64,000 nucleotides of DNA from Eledone cirrhosa (taxonomy: Eukaryota): assembly GCA_964016885.1 (NCBI GenBank), contig OZ024750.1, forward strand, positions 51,398,001-51,462,000. Reading direction: 5' to 3'. Both the position numbers and the translations under genes were made by a program. Under the pieces are notes generated by a model. The model was not told where the DNA came from, did not search any database, and saw only the letters and a list, made by a program, of their open reading frames with translations. This document shows positions 1-13,844 of this stretch, one piece after another (the stretch's first letter is position 1; every line of letters begins with the position of its first letter).

Positions 1-820
1 CACCCATATTTCACGATATAGTCGTGTATTATTTGCCACCCATATTTCACGTATAGTCGTATATTATTGCCACCCATATTTCACGATATAGTCGTGTATT
101 ATTTGCCACCCATATTTCACGTATAGTCGTATATTATTGTCACCTATATTTCACGATATAGTCGTGTATTATTGCCACCCATATTTCACGATATAATCGT
201 GTATTATTTGCCACCCATATTTCACGATATAGTCGTATATTATTGCCACCCATATTTCACGATATAGTCGTATATTATTGCCACCCATATTTCACGATAT
301 AGTCGTGTATTATTGCCACCCATATTTCACGATATAGCCGTGTATTATTGCCACCCATATTTCACGATATAGTCGTGTATTATTGCCACCCATATTTCAC
401 GATATAATCGTGTATTATTTGCCACCCATATTTCACGATATAGTCGTATATTATTGCCACCCATATTTCACGATATAGTCGTATATTATTGCCACCCATA
501 TTTCACGATATAGCCGTGTATTATTGCCACCCATATTTCACGATATAGTCGTGTATTATTGCCACCCATATTTCACGATATAGTCGTATATTATTGCCAC
601 CCATATTTCACGATATAGTCGTATATTATTGCCACCCATATTTCACGATATAGCCGTGTATTATTGCCACCCATATTTCACGATATAGTCGTGTATTATT
701 GCCACCCATATTTCACGATATAGTCGTGTATTATTTGCCACCCATATTTCACGATATAGTCGTATATTATTGCCACCCATATTTCACGATATAGTCGTGT
801 ATTATTGCCACCCATATTTC
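1..820. repeat. Tandem satellite/minisatellite, 35-36 bp unit GCCACCCATATTTCACGATATAGTCGTGTATTATT(T); runs off the window start
   Basis: About 23 near-identical head-to-tail units with no unique spacers; each holds an inverted repeat CACGA-TATAG-TCGTG. Confidence 0.95.
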
Positions 821-866
821 AGTATAAACGAAAATGAAAATATATTGCTATTTCACAACGTTTCTG

Positions 867-1137
867 TTAACCCTCTCTTTACCGTATTTTTAATGAAAGA
901 CATTGTCAGTAATTTTCAAATAATTTTGAAAATTATTAAGATTGTGAAGGAATTTAGTATCTTAACTAACTTTCTCACTTTTGAACTAGTTTTTGGAACA
1001 TAAATTAACAAAGGCTCTTACATAAAATTATGATTGGAGGTTTTTAGATAGATACACACTCTTTAAAACAAATAGTTTTGTACCATAGAATCATAGAATT
1101 AAGGTGAGCTCAGTTAGTTTGGTACCGAAAGGGTTAA
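867..1137. mobile_element. piggyBac-type non-autonomous MITE (~263 bp)
   Basis: TTAA|CCCTCTCTTTACC at 867 and GGTACCGAAAGGG|TTAA at 1137: CCCT...AGGG termini, imperfect ~13 bp TIRs, TTAA TSD, no ORF. Confidence 0.7.
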
Positions 1138-1674
1138 TGACCACATGTGAAAGATAACGGAAGAGGGTAGGCTCATCATTTTTGGCATCGTCAGTATCAA
1201 ATGTAATATCGCTTTACAATCAAATATTGTATCATCAATTCAATATTTAACATTGTTGCCTGGCGCAGTTGGCATCATGTGACATTGTTTGCCACCAATT
1301 TTTCCTCAAACACAAACATTTCCTTGATGTGTTTGTTCAGCGGTGCGTGGAGTTCTTTCGCTCTGTTGATTAACTTCAGTTCATTTACGGCTGGTAGTCA
1401 GTGAGGTTTCCTGTGTGAGAGAGTTAGGAGAGTTATAACTAATGTTGTGAGAAAGATATGTTGGCCTGTGTGTACATCGTTTTAATCAGGTTGTTTTCCT
1501 ATCCTGTATGTGCTATTATATTTATTCAAGATTCCTCTATCTTTATCTACTCTATAGTGTCAACAAGCCACCCAGATATCCTTTACATGGGCTCTTCTAG
1601 CTGATGGAACTAACGCCCAAACCTTTCTAAAATCTTTCTTTAAAGAAAGAAAGACACCTTGGATAATGTAGGTT

Positions 1675-2526
1675 TACAAGGGTCGGCTGAAAGACTCATA
1701 GGCTGAAAGGTAGTACACTCAAGAGTTTTGAGACTTAATCTTTCTGGCACTTTAATTGTCCTACGTAACTGTAACTCTAATACATCCTTGATATGGTTAT
1801 GATTTAACATGGCAAATCTTTATTTTTTTTGTTTTCACGCTGAAGGTTCGGGGCGCTACAACACTTTAAACACTTTAAACACTTTAAAGTCATACACGTC
1901 TTGTCACATCTGACTGGTTCCACAATACAGTCGGGACGTGAGGACAACTTGGAGGCTTGGTATGCAATAAGGCTTTGTGTCAAGCTCGGCAAAAACGCTG
2001 CAGAAACCTAAGAAATGGTCAAAATTGCTTATAGACTAACTTACATTAGCTAGATGACTGTTTTACGCTGACACAAGAGGTGCCGGGAGAGCAGTGAGCA
2101 GGCGAGGGACGATGGTAGGTGTGACAGGAAGAGGGACATAAGGACATCAAATTTGGTCGAGAAATTTGCATATTTCTGGACAACAATCATCTTGCATCAC
2201 TTATAGCAATAGCCAAATAGTTGGAAGTGGCTGAGAGCACCGTGCATAGTTATTCATGACGATCTGAACATGCACAAGGTTTGTGCAAAGTTTGTTACCA
2301 GGGTTCTCAAATAAAATCAAAGGCAGAGGCACGTTGATGACAAGGAGATGGTCGAGTGGATCGCTTCAAATTCAAATGTCCTTGAATGTCTGGTAACCCG
2401 TAACGATGACTGGGTCTGCTGTTATGATGTAGAGACCAAGAGACTGCACATTGGAAACATTCTGACTCCCAAATATCCAAAAATATTCCTTGTTATTCAG
2501 CCTATAAACTTTTCAGTCGACCCTCG

Positions 2527-2528
<2 letters not shown>
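1675..2528 (+). mobile_element. Internally deleted mariner (Tc1/mariner) transposon with a degenerate transposase N-terminal half
   Basis: ~30 bp TIRs (TA|CAAGGGTCGGCTGAAAGACTCATAGGCTGA; right end reverse-complement TA|CGAGGGTCGACTGAAAAGTTTATAGGCTGA). Peptides YAIRLCVKLGKNAAET, HDDLNMHKVCAKFVTRVL (WVPH-like) and LVTRNDDWVCCYDVETKR (TGDETW..YDPETKR-like). Confidence 0.85.
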
Positions 2529-2623
<95 letters not shown>

Positions 2624-2680
2624 GTGTGTGTATGAGTGTGTGTATGTATGTGTGTGTGTTTGTGTGTGTATCTGTGTGTA

Positions 2681-2710
<30 letters not shown>
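2527..2710. repeat. (TA)n/(TG)n compound microsatellite
   Basis: Seen directly. Confidence 0.95.
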
Positions 2711-2711
<1 letters not shown>

Positions 2712-3231
2712 AAAGAATAGAGGTGTAACACACAAGTTATTATATATTGGTAAACGGAATAGAAAATGCTGACAAATTGTTCACAGTTGAAAAATGATTT
2801 AATTAGGAATAAAAGAGTATTAGTGATTGTATGGGTTAGTATTCAGTTGTGGTTTTAAGTTTTTAAGTTTTTAGCGGTTGCGCATTTCTAAATGCTTTTC
2901 AAAAATAATTTTGAGATAGAGTGTCCGTGCTGTTTGCTCTGATCTGATTAGTTTTGGGAATTCTACCTGTTTTTATGTTAAAAAAGTGGGTCCAGCGTTA
3001 TTTTTGTGTTGCAAAAATTCTTGTGGTCAAAACAATTTTGATTGGTCGGTAGAGGTCATGTGAATAAAAAATTGGTTTTGCGCCAAGATTGAGAAATGAC
3101 TCTTTCACAACAAATATGTGTGTGTGTGTGTGTATGTGTGTGTGTGTGTGTGTGTGTAGTAGTAGTAGTAGTAAGGTGTTCGATGCTGCGACAATGGCCA
3201 GCAGCGATGTGTGTCAAATGGCTATTAAGAT

Positions 3232-3278
<47 letters not shown>

Positions 3279-3337
3279 GGGATGGTCAGTAAGAATGTGT
3301 CTGAAAGCAATGGGGGTATTTTAGCATGTCGAAAGAT

Positions 3338-3425
<88 letters not shown>

Positions 3426-4292
3426 CTAGCAGAGTAATTTGTGGTGGCAGGGATGGTCAGTAAGAATGTGTATTTTAGCATGTCAAAAGATATTTTTCAG
3501 CTTTTGTCTTATACGGAGAAGTGCGTGTGTGTGTGTATATAAGTCTCTTTGTATGTTGATGTACGCGTGTGTATGTGTTTGTGTATATATATGTGTGTGT
3601 GGGTGGACCAGTATTTTTTTCCCCCTGGTAAAATGGTGTACATTATTCGATTTTTTCAGTAAAATCGGTTCTCTTAATAGAACATCAAAAATCTTAACAA
3701 TAAAAGGTGTGAAATGATATTCACTATATATACATACACATACATATATTCACTACATATATATATACATATATACATACATATATATGCACATATATTT
3801 CTTTGTATTGCACCATAGAGCATGTGTGTTTACTTGTGTCATTGTGTTTATATGTGGGTAGAGATGTGTGCTGATGTAGGTATATATGTTGACGTGTGTA
3901 TGCTGTGTCTTAGGGAAAAGTGTTTAGACGGGGTCCGTATTTGTTAATGAAGTAAGATTCCTTGCTGATGCGCTGGGTGTGGGTGGCATTATCTTTAAAT
4001 TTGTAGAGGGGAAAGATTCTGAAGTTGGGATGATTTTGGGCGGCACAGGTATCAATGTGTTCACTCAGTGGTATTTTCCTGTATTCCCGTATTTTAATTT
4101 GGGATCTATGGACAGTCATGCATTGGCGGAGGCTGTTTTTTGTCTGGCCTATGTATTGTTCTCGACAACCTGAACAAGTTAATACATATATTAGATTTTC
4201 CGATGCACATGTGAAATTGTGTTTTACTATAAAACGTTGTCCATCTTTGAAATAGAATTCCGAACCCTCTATTAGGTTGATGCAAATGCCAC
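2711..4292 (-). mobile_element. 5'-truncated Penelope-like element (Neptune-like): GIY-YIG C-terminus plus long 3' UTR
   Basis: Minus strand reads CGICINLIEG..FTCASENLIYV.TCSGCREQYIGQT..RQCMTVHRSQI..KESYFINKYGPRLN (ORF 3910-4119), similar to ORF 63433-63948. Its 3' end matches 52826-53184 and abuts (TA)n. Confidence 0.85.
2869..2905 (-). ncRNA. Degenerate hammerhead-like motif in the PLE 3' end
   Basis: UUGAAAA (U3-A8 variant), stem II GCAUUU/AAAUGC, GCAA in place of GAAA; same motif at 52987-53023. Confidence 0.35.
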
Positions 4293-4326
4293 AGTGTGTG
4301 TGTGTGTATGTGTGTGTGTGTGTGTG

Positions 4327-7300
4327 TGTAGGTTATAGGAGAGGTTTACTACAGTAAACATCTCCTATAACCTACAGTAAACCTCTCTTATAACCTAAAG
4401 TAAATCTCTCTTATAACCTACAGTAAACCTCTACTACAACCTACCGTAAACCTCTCTTATAACCTACAGTAAACCTCTCCCATAACCTACAGTAAACCTC
4501 TCTTATAGACTACAGTAAACCTCTCTTATAACCTACAGTAAAACTCTCCTATAAACTACAGTTTAACCGTTCTTATAACCTACAGTATACCTCTCTCATA
4601 ATCTACAGTAAAGCTCTCTTATAACCTACCGTAAACCCCTCTTATATCCTCAGTATAGCTCTCTTATAACGTAAAGTAAACCTCTCTTATAACCTGCAGT
4701 AAGCCTCTCTTATAACATACAGTAAACCTCTCCTATAACCTACAGTAACCTCTCTTATAAACTACAGTACACCTCTCTTATAACCTAGAGTAAACCTCTC
4801 TTATTACCTACTAAACCGCTCTTATAAACTACAGTAAACCTCGCCTATATCCTACAGTAAATGCCTCTTATAGCTTACAGTGAACCCCTCTTATAACCTA
4901 CAGTAAACCTCTCTCATAACCTACAGTGAACCTCTCTTATAGCCTACAATTAACCACTCTTATAAACTGCAGTAAACCTCTCTTATAACCTACAGCAAAC
5001 CTCTCTTACAACCTAAAGTAAACCTCTCTGATAACCTACAGTAAACCTCTCTTATAACCTACAGTTAACCCCTCTTATAACCTACAGTAAACATATGTTA
5101 TAAAATACAGTAAACCTCTCTTATAACCTACAGTAAACCTCTCTTATTACCTACACTAAACCTCTATTATAACCTAAAGTAAAGCTCGCCTATAACCTAC
5201 AGTAAATCGCTCTTATAACATACAGTAAACCTCTCTTATATCCTACAGTAAATCTCTCTTATAACCTACAGTAAACCTCTCCTAAATACTACAATAAAAC
5301 TCTCCTATAACCTACAGCAAACCTCTCTTATACCCTACAGTAAACCTCTGCTATAACCTACATTAAATCTTTTTTATATCCTAAAGTAAAGCTCACTTAT
5401 AACCTACAGTAAACATCTATTATACCCTACAGTAAACCTCTCTTATAACCTACAGTTAACCCCTCTTATAACCTACAGTAAACATATGTTATAAACTACA
5501 GTAAACCTCTCCTATAACCTATAGTAACCTCTCTTATAAACTACAGCACACCTCTCTTATTACCTAGAGTAAACCTCTCTTATTACCTACACTAAACCGC
5601 TCTTATAAACTACAGTAAATCCCTCTTATATCTTACATTGAACCCCTCTTATAACCTATAGTAAACCTCTCTAATAACCTACAGTAAACCTCTCTTATAA
5701 CCTATAGCAAACCTCTTTTATACCCTACAGTAAACCTCTCCGATAACCTACAGTAAATCTTTCTTATATCCTAAAGTAAACCTAGCTTATATCCTACACT
5801 AAACCGCTATTATAACCTACAGTAACCCTCTCTTATAACCTACAGTAAAACTCTCTTATAACTAACCGCAAACCTCTCTTATACACTACAGTAAACCTTT
5901 TTTATACCCTAAAGAAAATCTCTCTTATAACCTACAGTAAACCTCTCCCATGAACTAGAGTAAATCTCCCTTATTACCTACAGTAAACCTCTCCTATAAC
6001 CTACAGTAATCATCTCTTATAAGCTACAGTAAACTTCTCTTATAGCCTACAATAAACCTCTCCTATAAGCTACAGTTTAACCTTTCCTATAACCTACAGT
6101 AAAGCTCACATATAACCTAGAGTAAACCTCTCTTATAACCTACAGTAAACCCCACTTATAACCTACAGTAAACCCCTCTTATAAACTACAGCATATATCT
6201 CCTACAACCTACAGTACACCTCTCTTATAACCTAGAGTAAACCTCTCTTATTACCTACACTAAAACGCTCTTATAAACTATAGTAAACCTCGCCTATAAC
6301 CAACAGTAAATCTCTTTTATAACATACATTAAACTTCTCTTATAACCTACAGTAAACCTCTCTTATAACTTACAGTGAACCCCTCTTATAACCTATAGTA
6401 AACCTCTCTAATAACCTACAGTAAACCTCGCTTATAACCTATAGCAAACCTCTTTTATACCCTACAGTAAAGCTCTCCTATAACCTACAGTAAATCTTTC
6501 TTATATCCCAAAGTAAACCTCACTTATATCATACAGTAAACCGCTATTATAACCTACAGTAAACCTCTCTTATACACTACAGTAAACCCGTCTCCTAATC
6601 CTCAGTAAACCTCTTCTATAACCTACAGTAAACCTCTCTTATAACCTAAAGTAAACCTCTCTTATAACCTACAATAAACCTCTCTTATAAACTACAGTAA
6701 ACCTCTCTTATAACCTCCAGTAAACCTCTCCTATAACCTACAGCAAACCTCTATTATACCCTACAGTAAACCTTTCCATAAACTACAGTACACCTCTCCT
6801 ATAACCTACAGTAAACCTCTCTTATAACCTACAGTAACCTCTCGTATAAACTACAGTTAACCTCTCTTATACCCAACAGTAAACCTCTCCTATAACCTCC
6901 AGTAAACCTCGCTTATAACCTACAGTAAACATCGCTTATAACCTACAGTAAACCTCTCTTATAACCTACAGTAAACCTCTCTTATAACCTACAGTAAACC
7001 TCTCCTATAACCTACAGTAATGATCTCTTATAACCTACAGTAAACCTCTCTTATAACCTACAGTAAACCTCTCCTATAGCCTACAGTAAACCTCTCTTAT
7101 AACCTACAGTAACCACTCGTATAAACTACAGTTAACCTCTCTTATACCCTAGAGTAAACCTCTCTTATAACCTACAGTAAGCCTCTCTTATAACCTACAG
7201 TAAAGCTCGCTTATAACCTACAGTAAACCTCTCCTATAACCTCCAGTAAACCTCGCTTATAACCTACAGTAAGCCTCTCTTATAACCTACAGTAAAGCTC

Positions 7301-10300
7301 GCTTATAACCTACAGTTAAACTCTCCTATAAACTACAGTTTAACCGTTCCTATAACCTACAGTAAACCTCTCTTATAACCTACAGTATACCTCTCTCATA
7401 ACCTACAGTAAAGCTCTCTTATAACCTACCGTAAACCCCTCTTATAACCTCAGTATAGCTCTCTTATAAAGTAAAGTAAACCTCTCTTATAACCTGCAGT
7501 AAGCGTCTCTTATAACCTACAGTAAACATCTCCTATAACCTACTGTAACCTCTCTTATAAACTACAGTACATCTCACTTATCACTTATAACCTAGAGTAA
7601 ACCTCTCATATTACCTACTAAACCGCTCTTATAAACTACAGTAAACCTCTCCTATAACCTACAGTAACCTCTCTTATAAACTACAGTAAACCTTTTTTAT
7701 ACCCTAAAGAAAATCTCTCTTATAACCTACAGTAAACCTCTCCATGAACTAGAGTAAATCTCCCTTATTACCTACCGTATACCTCTCCTATAACCTACAG
7801 TAAACCTCTCTTATAACCTACAGTAAATTTCTCTTATAGCCTACAATAAACCTCTCCTATAAGCTACAGTTTAACCTTTCCTATAACCTACAGTAAAGCT
7901 CACATATAACCTAGAGTAAACCTCTCTTATAAACTATAGTAAGCCTCCCTTATAACCTACAGTAAAGCTCTTTTATAACCTACAGTAAAGCTCACATATA
8001 ACCTACAGTTAACCCATCTTATAAACTACAGTAAACCTCTCTTATAACCTACAGTAAACCCTTCTTATAAACTACAGTAAATATCTCCTACAACCTACAG
8101 TACACCTCTCTTATAATCTACAGTAAACCTCTCTTATTACCTACACTAAACCGCTCTTATAAACTACAGTAAACCTCGCCTATAACCTACAGTAAATCTC
8201 TCTTATAACATACATTAAACCTCTCTTATAACCTACAGTAAACCTCTCTTATAACCTACAGTAAACCTCTCTTATAACTTACAGTGAACCCCTCTTATAA
8301 CCTATAGTAAACCTCGCTTATAACCTATAGCAAACCTCTTTTATACACTACAGTAAACCTCTCCTATAACCTACAGTAAATCTTTCTTATATCCTAAAGT
8401 AAACCTCACTTATATCATACAGTAAACCGCTATTATAACCTACAGTAAACCTCTCTTATAACTAACCGCAAACCTCTCTTATACACTACAGTAAATCTCT
8501 CTCATAAACCTCAGTAAACCTCTTCTATAACCTACAGTAAACCTCTCTTATAACCTAAAGTAAACCTCTCTTATAACTTACAATAAACCTCTCTTATACC
8601 CTACAGTAAACATCTCCTAAAACCTACAGTAAACCACTCTTATAACCTACAGTAAACCTCTCTTATAACCTACGGTAAACCTCTCTTATAACTTACAGTA
8701 ACCTCTCGTATAAACTACAGTTAACCTCTCTTATACCCTACAGTAAACCTCTCTTATTACCTACAGTAAACCTCTCTTATAACTTACAGTGAACCCCTCT
8801 TATAACCTATAGTAAACCTCTCTAATAACCTACAGTAAACCTCGCTTATAACCTATAGCAAAGCTCTTTTATACCCTACAGTAAACCTCTCCTATAATTT
8901 ACAGTAAATCTTTCTTATATCCTAAAGTAAACCTCACTTATATCATACAGTAAACCGCTATTATAACCTACAGTAAACCTCTCTTATAACCTACAGTAAA
9001 CCTCTCTTATAACTAACCGCAAACCTCTCTTATACACTACAGTAAACTTCTCTCATAAACCTCAGTAAACCTCTTCTATAACCTATAGTAAACCTCTCTT
9101 ATAACCTAAAGTAAACCTCTCTTATAACCTACAGTAAACCTCTCTTATAACCTACAGTAAACCTCTCTTATAACCTACAGTGTACCTCTTTTATAACCTA
9201 CAATAAACCTCTCTTATAACCTACAGTAAACCTCTCCTATAACCTCCAGTAAACCTCTCCTATAACCTACAGCAAACCTCTATTATACCCTACAGTAAAC
9301 CTTTCCATAAACTACAGTACACCTCTCCTATAACCTACAGTAAACCTCTCTTATAAGCTACAGTAACCTCTCGTATAAACTTCAGTTAACCTCTCTTATA
9401 CCCAATAGTAAACCTCTCTTATTACCTACAGTAAACCTCTCCTATAACCTCCAGTAAACCTCGCTTGTAACCTACAGTAAACATCGTTTATAACCTACAG
9501 TAAACCTCTATTATAACCTACAGTAAACCTCTCTTATAAACCACAGTAAACCTCTCTTATAACATACAGTAAACATCTCATATAACCTATAGTAAATCTC
9601 TTTTATAACCTACAGTAAACCACTCATATAACCTACATTAAACCTCTCCTATAACCTACAGTAAACCTCTATTATAACCTACAGTAAACCTCTCCTATAA
9701 CCTACAGTAAACCTCTCTTATAACTTACAGTAACCTCTCGTATAAACTACAGTTAACCTCCCTTATACCCTACATTAAACCTCTCTTATTACCTACAGTA
9801 AACCTCTCCTATAACCTACAGTAAACCTCGCTTATAACCTACAGTAAACCTCGTTATAACCTACTGTAAACCTCTCCTATAAACTACAGTTTAACCGTTC
9901 CTATAATCTACAGTAAACCTCTCTTATAACCTACAGTATACCTCTCTCATAACCTACAGTAAAGCTCTCTTATAACCAACCGTAAACCCCTCTTATAACC
10001 TCAGTATAGCTCTCTTATAACGTAAAGTAAGGCTCTCTTATAACCTACAGTAAACCTCTCCTATAACCTACAGTAACCTCTCTTATAAACTAGAGTAAAC
10101 CTCTCTTATGCCCTAAAGAAGAAATCTCGCTTATAACCTACAGTAAACCTCTCACATGAACTAGAGTAAATCTCCCTTATTACCTACAGTAAACCTCTCC
10201 TATAACCTACAGTAAACCTCTCTTATAACCTACAGTAAACTTCTCTTATAGCCTACAATAAACCTCTCCTATAAGCTACAGTTTAACCTTTCCTATAACC

Positions 10301-11215
10301 TACAGTAAAGCTCACATATAACCTAGAATAAACCTCTCTTATAAACTACAGTAAACCTCTCCTATAACCTACACTAACCTCTCTTTTAAACTACTGTAAA
10401 TATCTCTAATACCCTAAAGTAAATCTCTCTTATAACCTACCGTAAACCTCTCTTATAACCTACAGTAACCTCACTATAATCTAGAGTTAACCCATCTTAT
10501 AAACTACAGTAAACCTCTCTTATAACCTACAGTAAACCCCTCTTATAAACTACAGTAAATATCTCCTACAACCTACAGTACACCTCTCTTATAACCTAGA
10601 GAAAACCTCTCTTAATACCTACATTAAACCGCTCTTATAAACTACAGTAAACCTCGCCTATAACCTACAGTAAATCTCTCTTATAACATACATTAAACCT
10701 CTCTTATAACCTACAGTAAACCTCTCTTATAACCTACAGTAAACCTCTCTTATAACTTACAGTGAACCCCTCTTATAACCTATAGTAAACCTCTCTAATA
10801 ACCTACAGTAAACCTCTCTTATAACCTATAGCAAACCTCTTTTATACCCTACAGTAAACCTCTCCTATAACCTACAGTAAATCTTTCTTATATCCTAAAG
10901 TAAACCTCACTTATATCCTACCGTAAACCGCTATTATAACCTACAGTAAACCTCTCTTATAACCTACAGTAAACCTCTCTTATAACTAACCGCAAACCTC
11001 TCTTATACACTACAGTAAACCTCTCTCATAAACCTGAGTAAACCTCTCTTATAACATACAGTAAACCTCCCTTATAACCTACAGTGAACCTCTCTTATAA
11101 CCTACAATAAACCTCTCTTATAAACTGCAGTAATCCTCTCTTATAACCTACAGTAAACCCCTCTTATAACCTACAGTAAGCTTCTCTTATAACCTCCAGG
11201 AGCCTCTCTGATAAA
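4327..11215. repeat. 23 bp satellite (ATAACCTACAGTAAACCTCTCTT)n, ~6.9 kb, roughly 300 copies, with higher-order structure
   Basis: Direct tandem units; diagnostic variant units recur at ~2.4-2.8 kb spacing. Confidence 0.97.
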
Positions 11216-12529
11216 CTTACTTGTAGAATATTAAGATTTAACGTCAGATCAATGAATCGAGAATTCAAATTTTGATCCACGAGTTTGTCATGGACAGATA
11301 CGTTGGCAAATGAGACAGAAAATCACACAAAACCAATAGACTGGCTCATTTCAACATGGCCGTCTAGGACAGACACTATCTGACATTAGAAATCAGTGCC
11401 AAAGCCAATCTGGCGTGAGAGAAAGAGACAGCCGTCAAATTGGATAATACTATAAGACTTTCCAGTGGTAGACATTCCTTAATTTCAGATGTCTTCTTCC
11501 GAAATTTAAACTGATGCCAAATCAATACTTATTAATTTACACACACAAACACACACACACACACACTCACACACACATACACGGGCGGACATATGTACGT
11601 GCAAACACATACACACAGGCGTGGGTGTAGATGCACACATACATGACTATACTGACTCAAGCGCGCACACAAATATTACATATATATACTATACCTACAT
11701 ATGATATTATATACATACATACATACATACATACATACATACATACATACATACATACATGGTGGCTGCCAACTCGTTTTCGAGTACGGCCACTACTTTA
11801 TATCCATGTAGGAGAACCCCTACCGATGCGCTGAACGAACGTGACTTTTTAGTCCAGCCAGCGACTTGAAAACTCTGGTACAAACACTACACTTGTGACA
11901 ATTATTGACACACAGTGCTGGGCCCATGGTACCATGTGATGACAAGTGCAGAGAGATCTCCAGATATAAAGCAATGCCTGTGTCGTGAAGCTTTTATAGT
12001 GAGCAAAGGCACTGCACAAAGCCAGTCCCACTCTCTTAACCAAGATGATATTTACCAAAAAGAATACATACATACATACATACATACATACATACAAATA
12101 ATACAATATTATATTTGGACACCAGTGAAGAGAGAGGGAGAGAGAGACCCTGTATATATACATAGATAGATACCCAATGTTTCATACGTCGAATATGTTA
12201 TCGTGCAATAACCAACGAATTGTGTAAATATTAGGTCTATCCCAAACGAACGCCAGAATTGATGAGGTGTATATCTGGCCATGTGCCAGTTTACGTAAGG
12301 ACCTCAGCTCCTTCAGTTATTCAGTAGGTTCCTTTTATTCCTGCTTCTTAAATGGAAACCAGCTACTTTGCAGAGAAAATTTACTTTGTAAAAAGTAAAA
12401 CAGTAGAAAGTCTAAGGAGTAAATACTCGTATATGGTGTTTGTTACATTTAAGTGAAGATTGAAGTCAAAACAGAATATAAAGAAAGAAACTCAAGAGGT
12501 TTTTTTAATATATATTTTTATCGCATTAA

Positions 12530-13000
12530 ACCCAAAAGATGCAAACTGAAATAATCATTCTGAAACTAAAAAAATAAACAAAGCAAATTCATTTTCTGTA
12601 CCAAATTGAGAAGGGAAATATAGCATGTGTTTGGTTTCAGGATTGTTCAATATATCAAAGATTTTCCTAACACCATCAATTTTATCAAATTTCTATTCAC
12701 TTTGGAATCAAAGAAGCAAAGCATCAAATTATACTCATATCACTCTAAAAACCACCTCGTTTGTGCAAGTTTTGGCATTTTATAGTGAGTTATCGCAGCC
12801 ATTTCTTAAATTAACGTGAAGGCTCGTTATTTGTTACTGCTAGGAGAGAAGTATAATGTTAAATCTTTTAATAAATCTTCTAAACATGACTGCCGCTGAC
12901 ACCAGGACTACTACAACGAGCAAATCAGTGACAGACATAACATATAATAAAAACAAAAGGTACATTATGTTTCAATAACTTCTGGGGAATATATTTGGTG
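12530..13000 (-). pseudogene. Degenerate hAT transposase, central fragment
   Basis: Across stops and frameshifts: LLKHNVPFVFIICYVCH (CxxH), LEDLLKDLTLYFSPS, PKLAQTRWF (TRW motif), KIFDILNNPETKHMLYF, FQNDYFSLH. Confidence 0.65.
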
Positions 13001-13223
13001 CCCCTCATCAAAGACATTCTTAAGTTTCAGATTTCTTCTTCCGAAATTTAAACTAATGCCAAATCAATACGTATTAATTTACACACACACACACACACAC
13101 ACATACACACACACACACATACACACACATACACCCCCCACATACACACACGTACACACACACACACACACACGTACACACACACACACACACACGTACA
13201 CTCAGAAACACACACACACATAA

Positions 13224-13259
<36 letters not shown>

Positions 13260-13844
13260 TTATATTAGCTGTAGCACTAACATAGCGTGATTCATAATAA
13301 GGAATAGATGAAAGTATGAAAGCATACTCCGAAGTGTACATGTGATGTTTTGTGGTTTACTAGATTGCTTGCAGAAACTGTGGTAGATTATATATTGTAA
13401 ATAGTGCCCAGATGCTACACATACGGATCAAAGGACACATAGCCACGAGTACTTCTTTCAAAGACGCCTAGAGAAATGTCACATTGAGGTCTCTATGCTC
13501 CCTGCAGAGAGGAACGTGGGTAACTTACGAAATAAAGAAGCTCCCATTATAAACAGTCCCATTATAAACAGTCAGACTGTCTATTATAACTGGTCTGCGC
13601 ATGTCACACTCCTTCCAATGGTCAGTCACCCACACAACACAGGAAATGTTCATGAGAACAGAAAGTTTCTTTTTTCTGTGTTTATCGCTCATCAGCTAAA
13701 CAGAAGTTCTTTCATGATGAAATAAACGGGGTAAAAACAATTGTCGGTCTACTTATCTCCAATTCCAGCTTTCTGTTTTCATCTGCATTGTACAGTCTTT
13801 CCAAACACTCTCTTTATTATTTATTACAAATCTCATACTTCATA

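Noticed and set aside
1-820. CRISPR-like array (35-36 bp palindromic repeats)
   Set aside because: Repeats are contiguous with no unique spacers, there are no cas genes, and the context is eukaryotic
1250-1560. Possible LTR/PBS (TGGTGGCA on the minus strand)
   Set aside because: No TG..CA LTR boundaries and no gag/pol similarity
11915-12169. 84 aa ORF between (ATAC)n tracts, faintly like a PLE C-terminus (REAFI..LNQDD)
   Set aside because: Too short and weak to assign without a database search
13645-13720. CTGATGA..GAAAC on the minus strand as a hammerhead
   Set aside because: No stem II between the core boxes; CTGATGA lies in the loop of an unrelated imperfect hairpin
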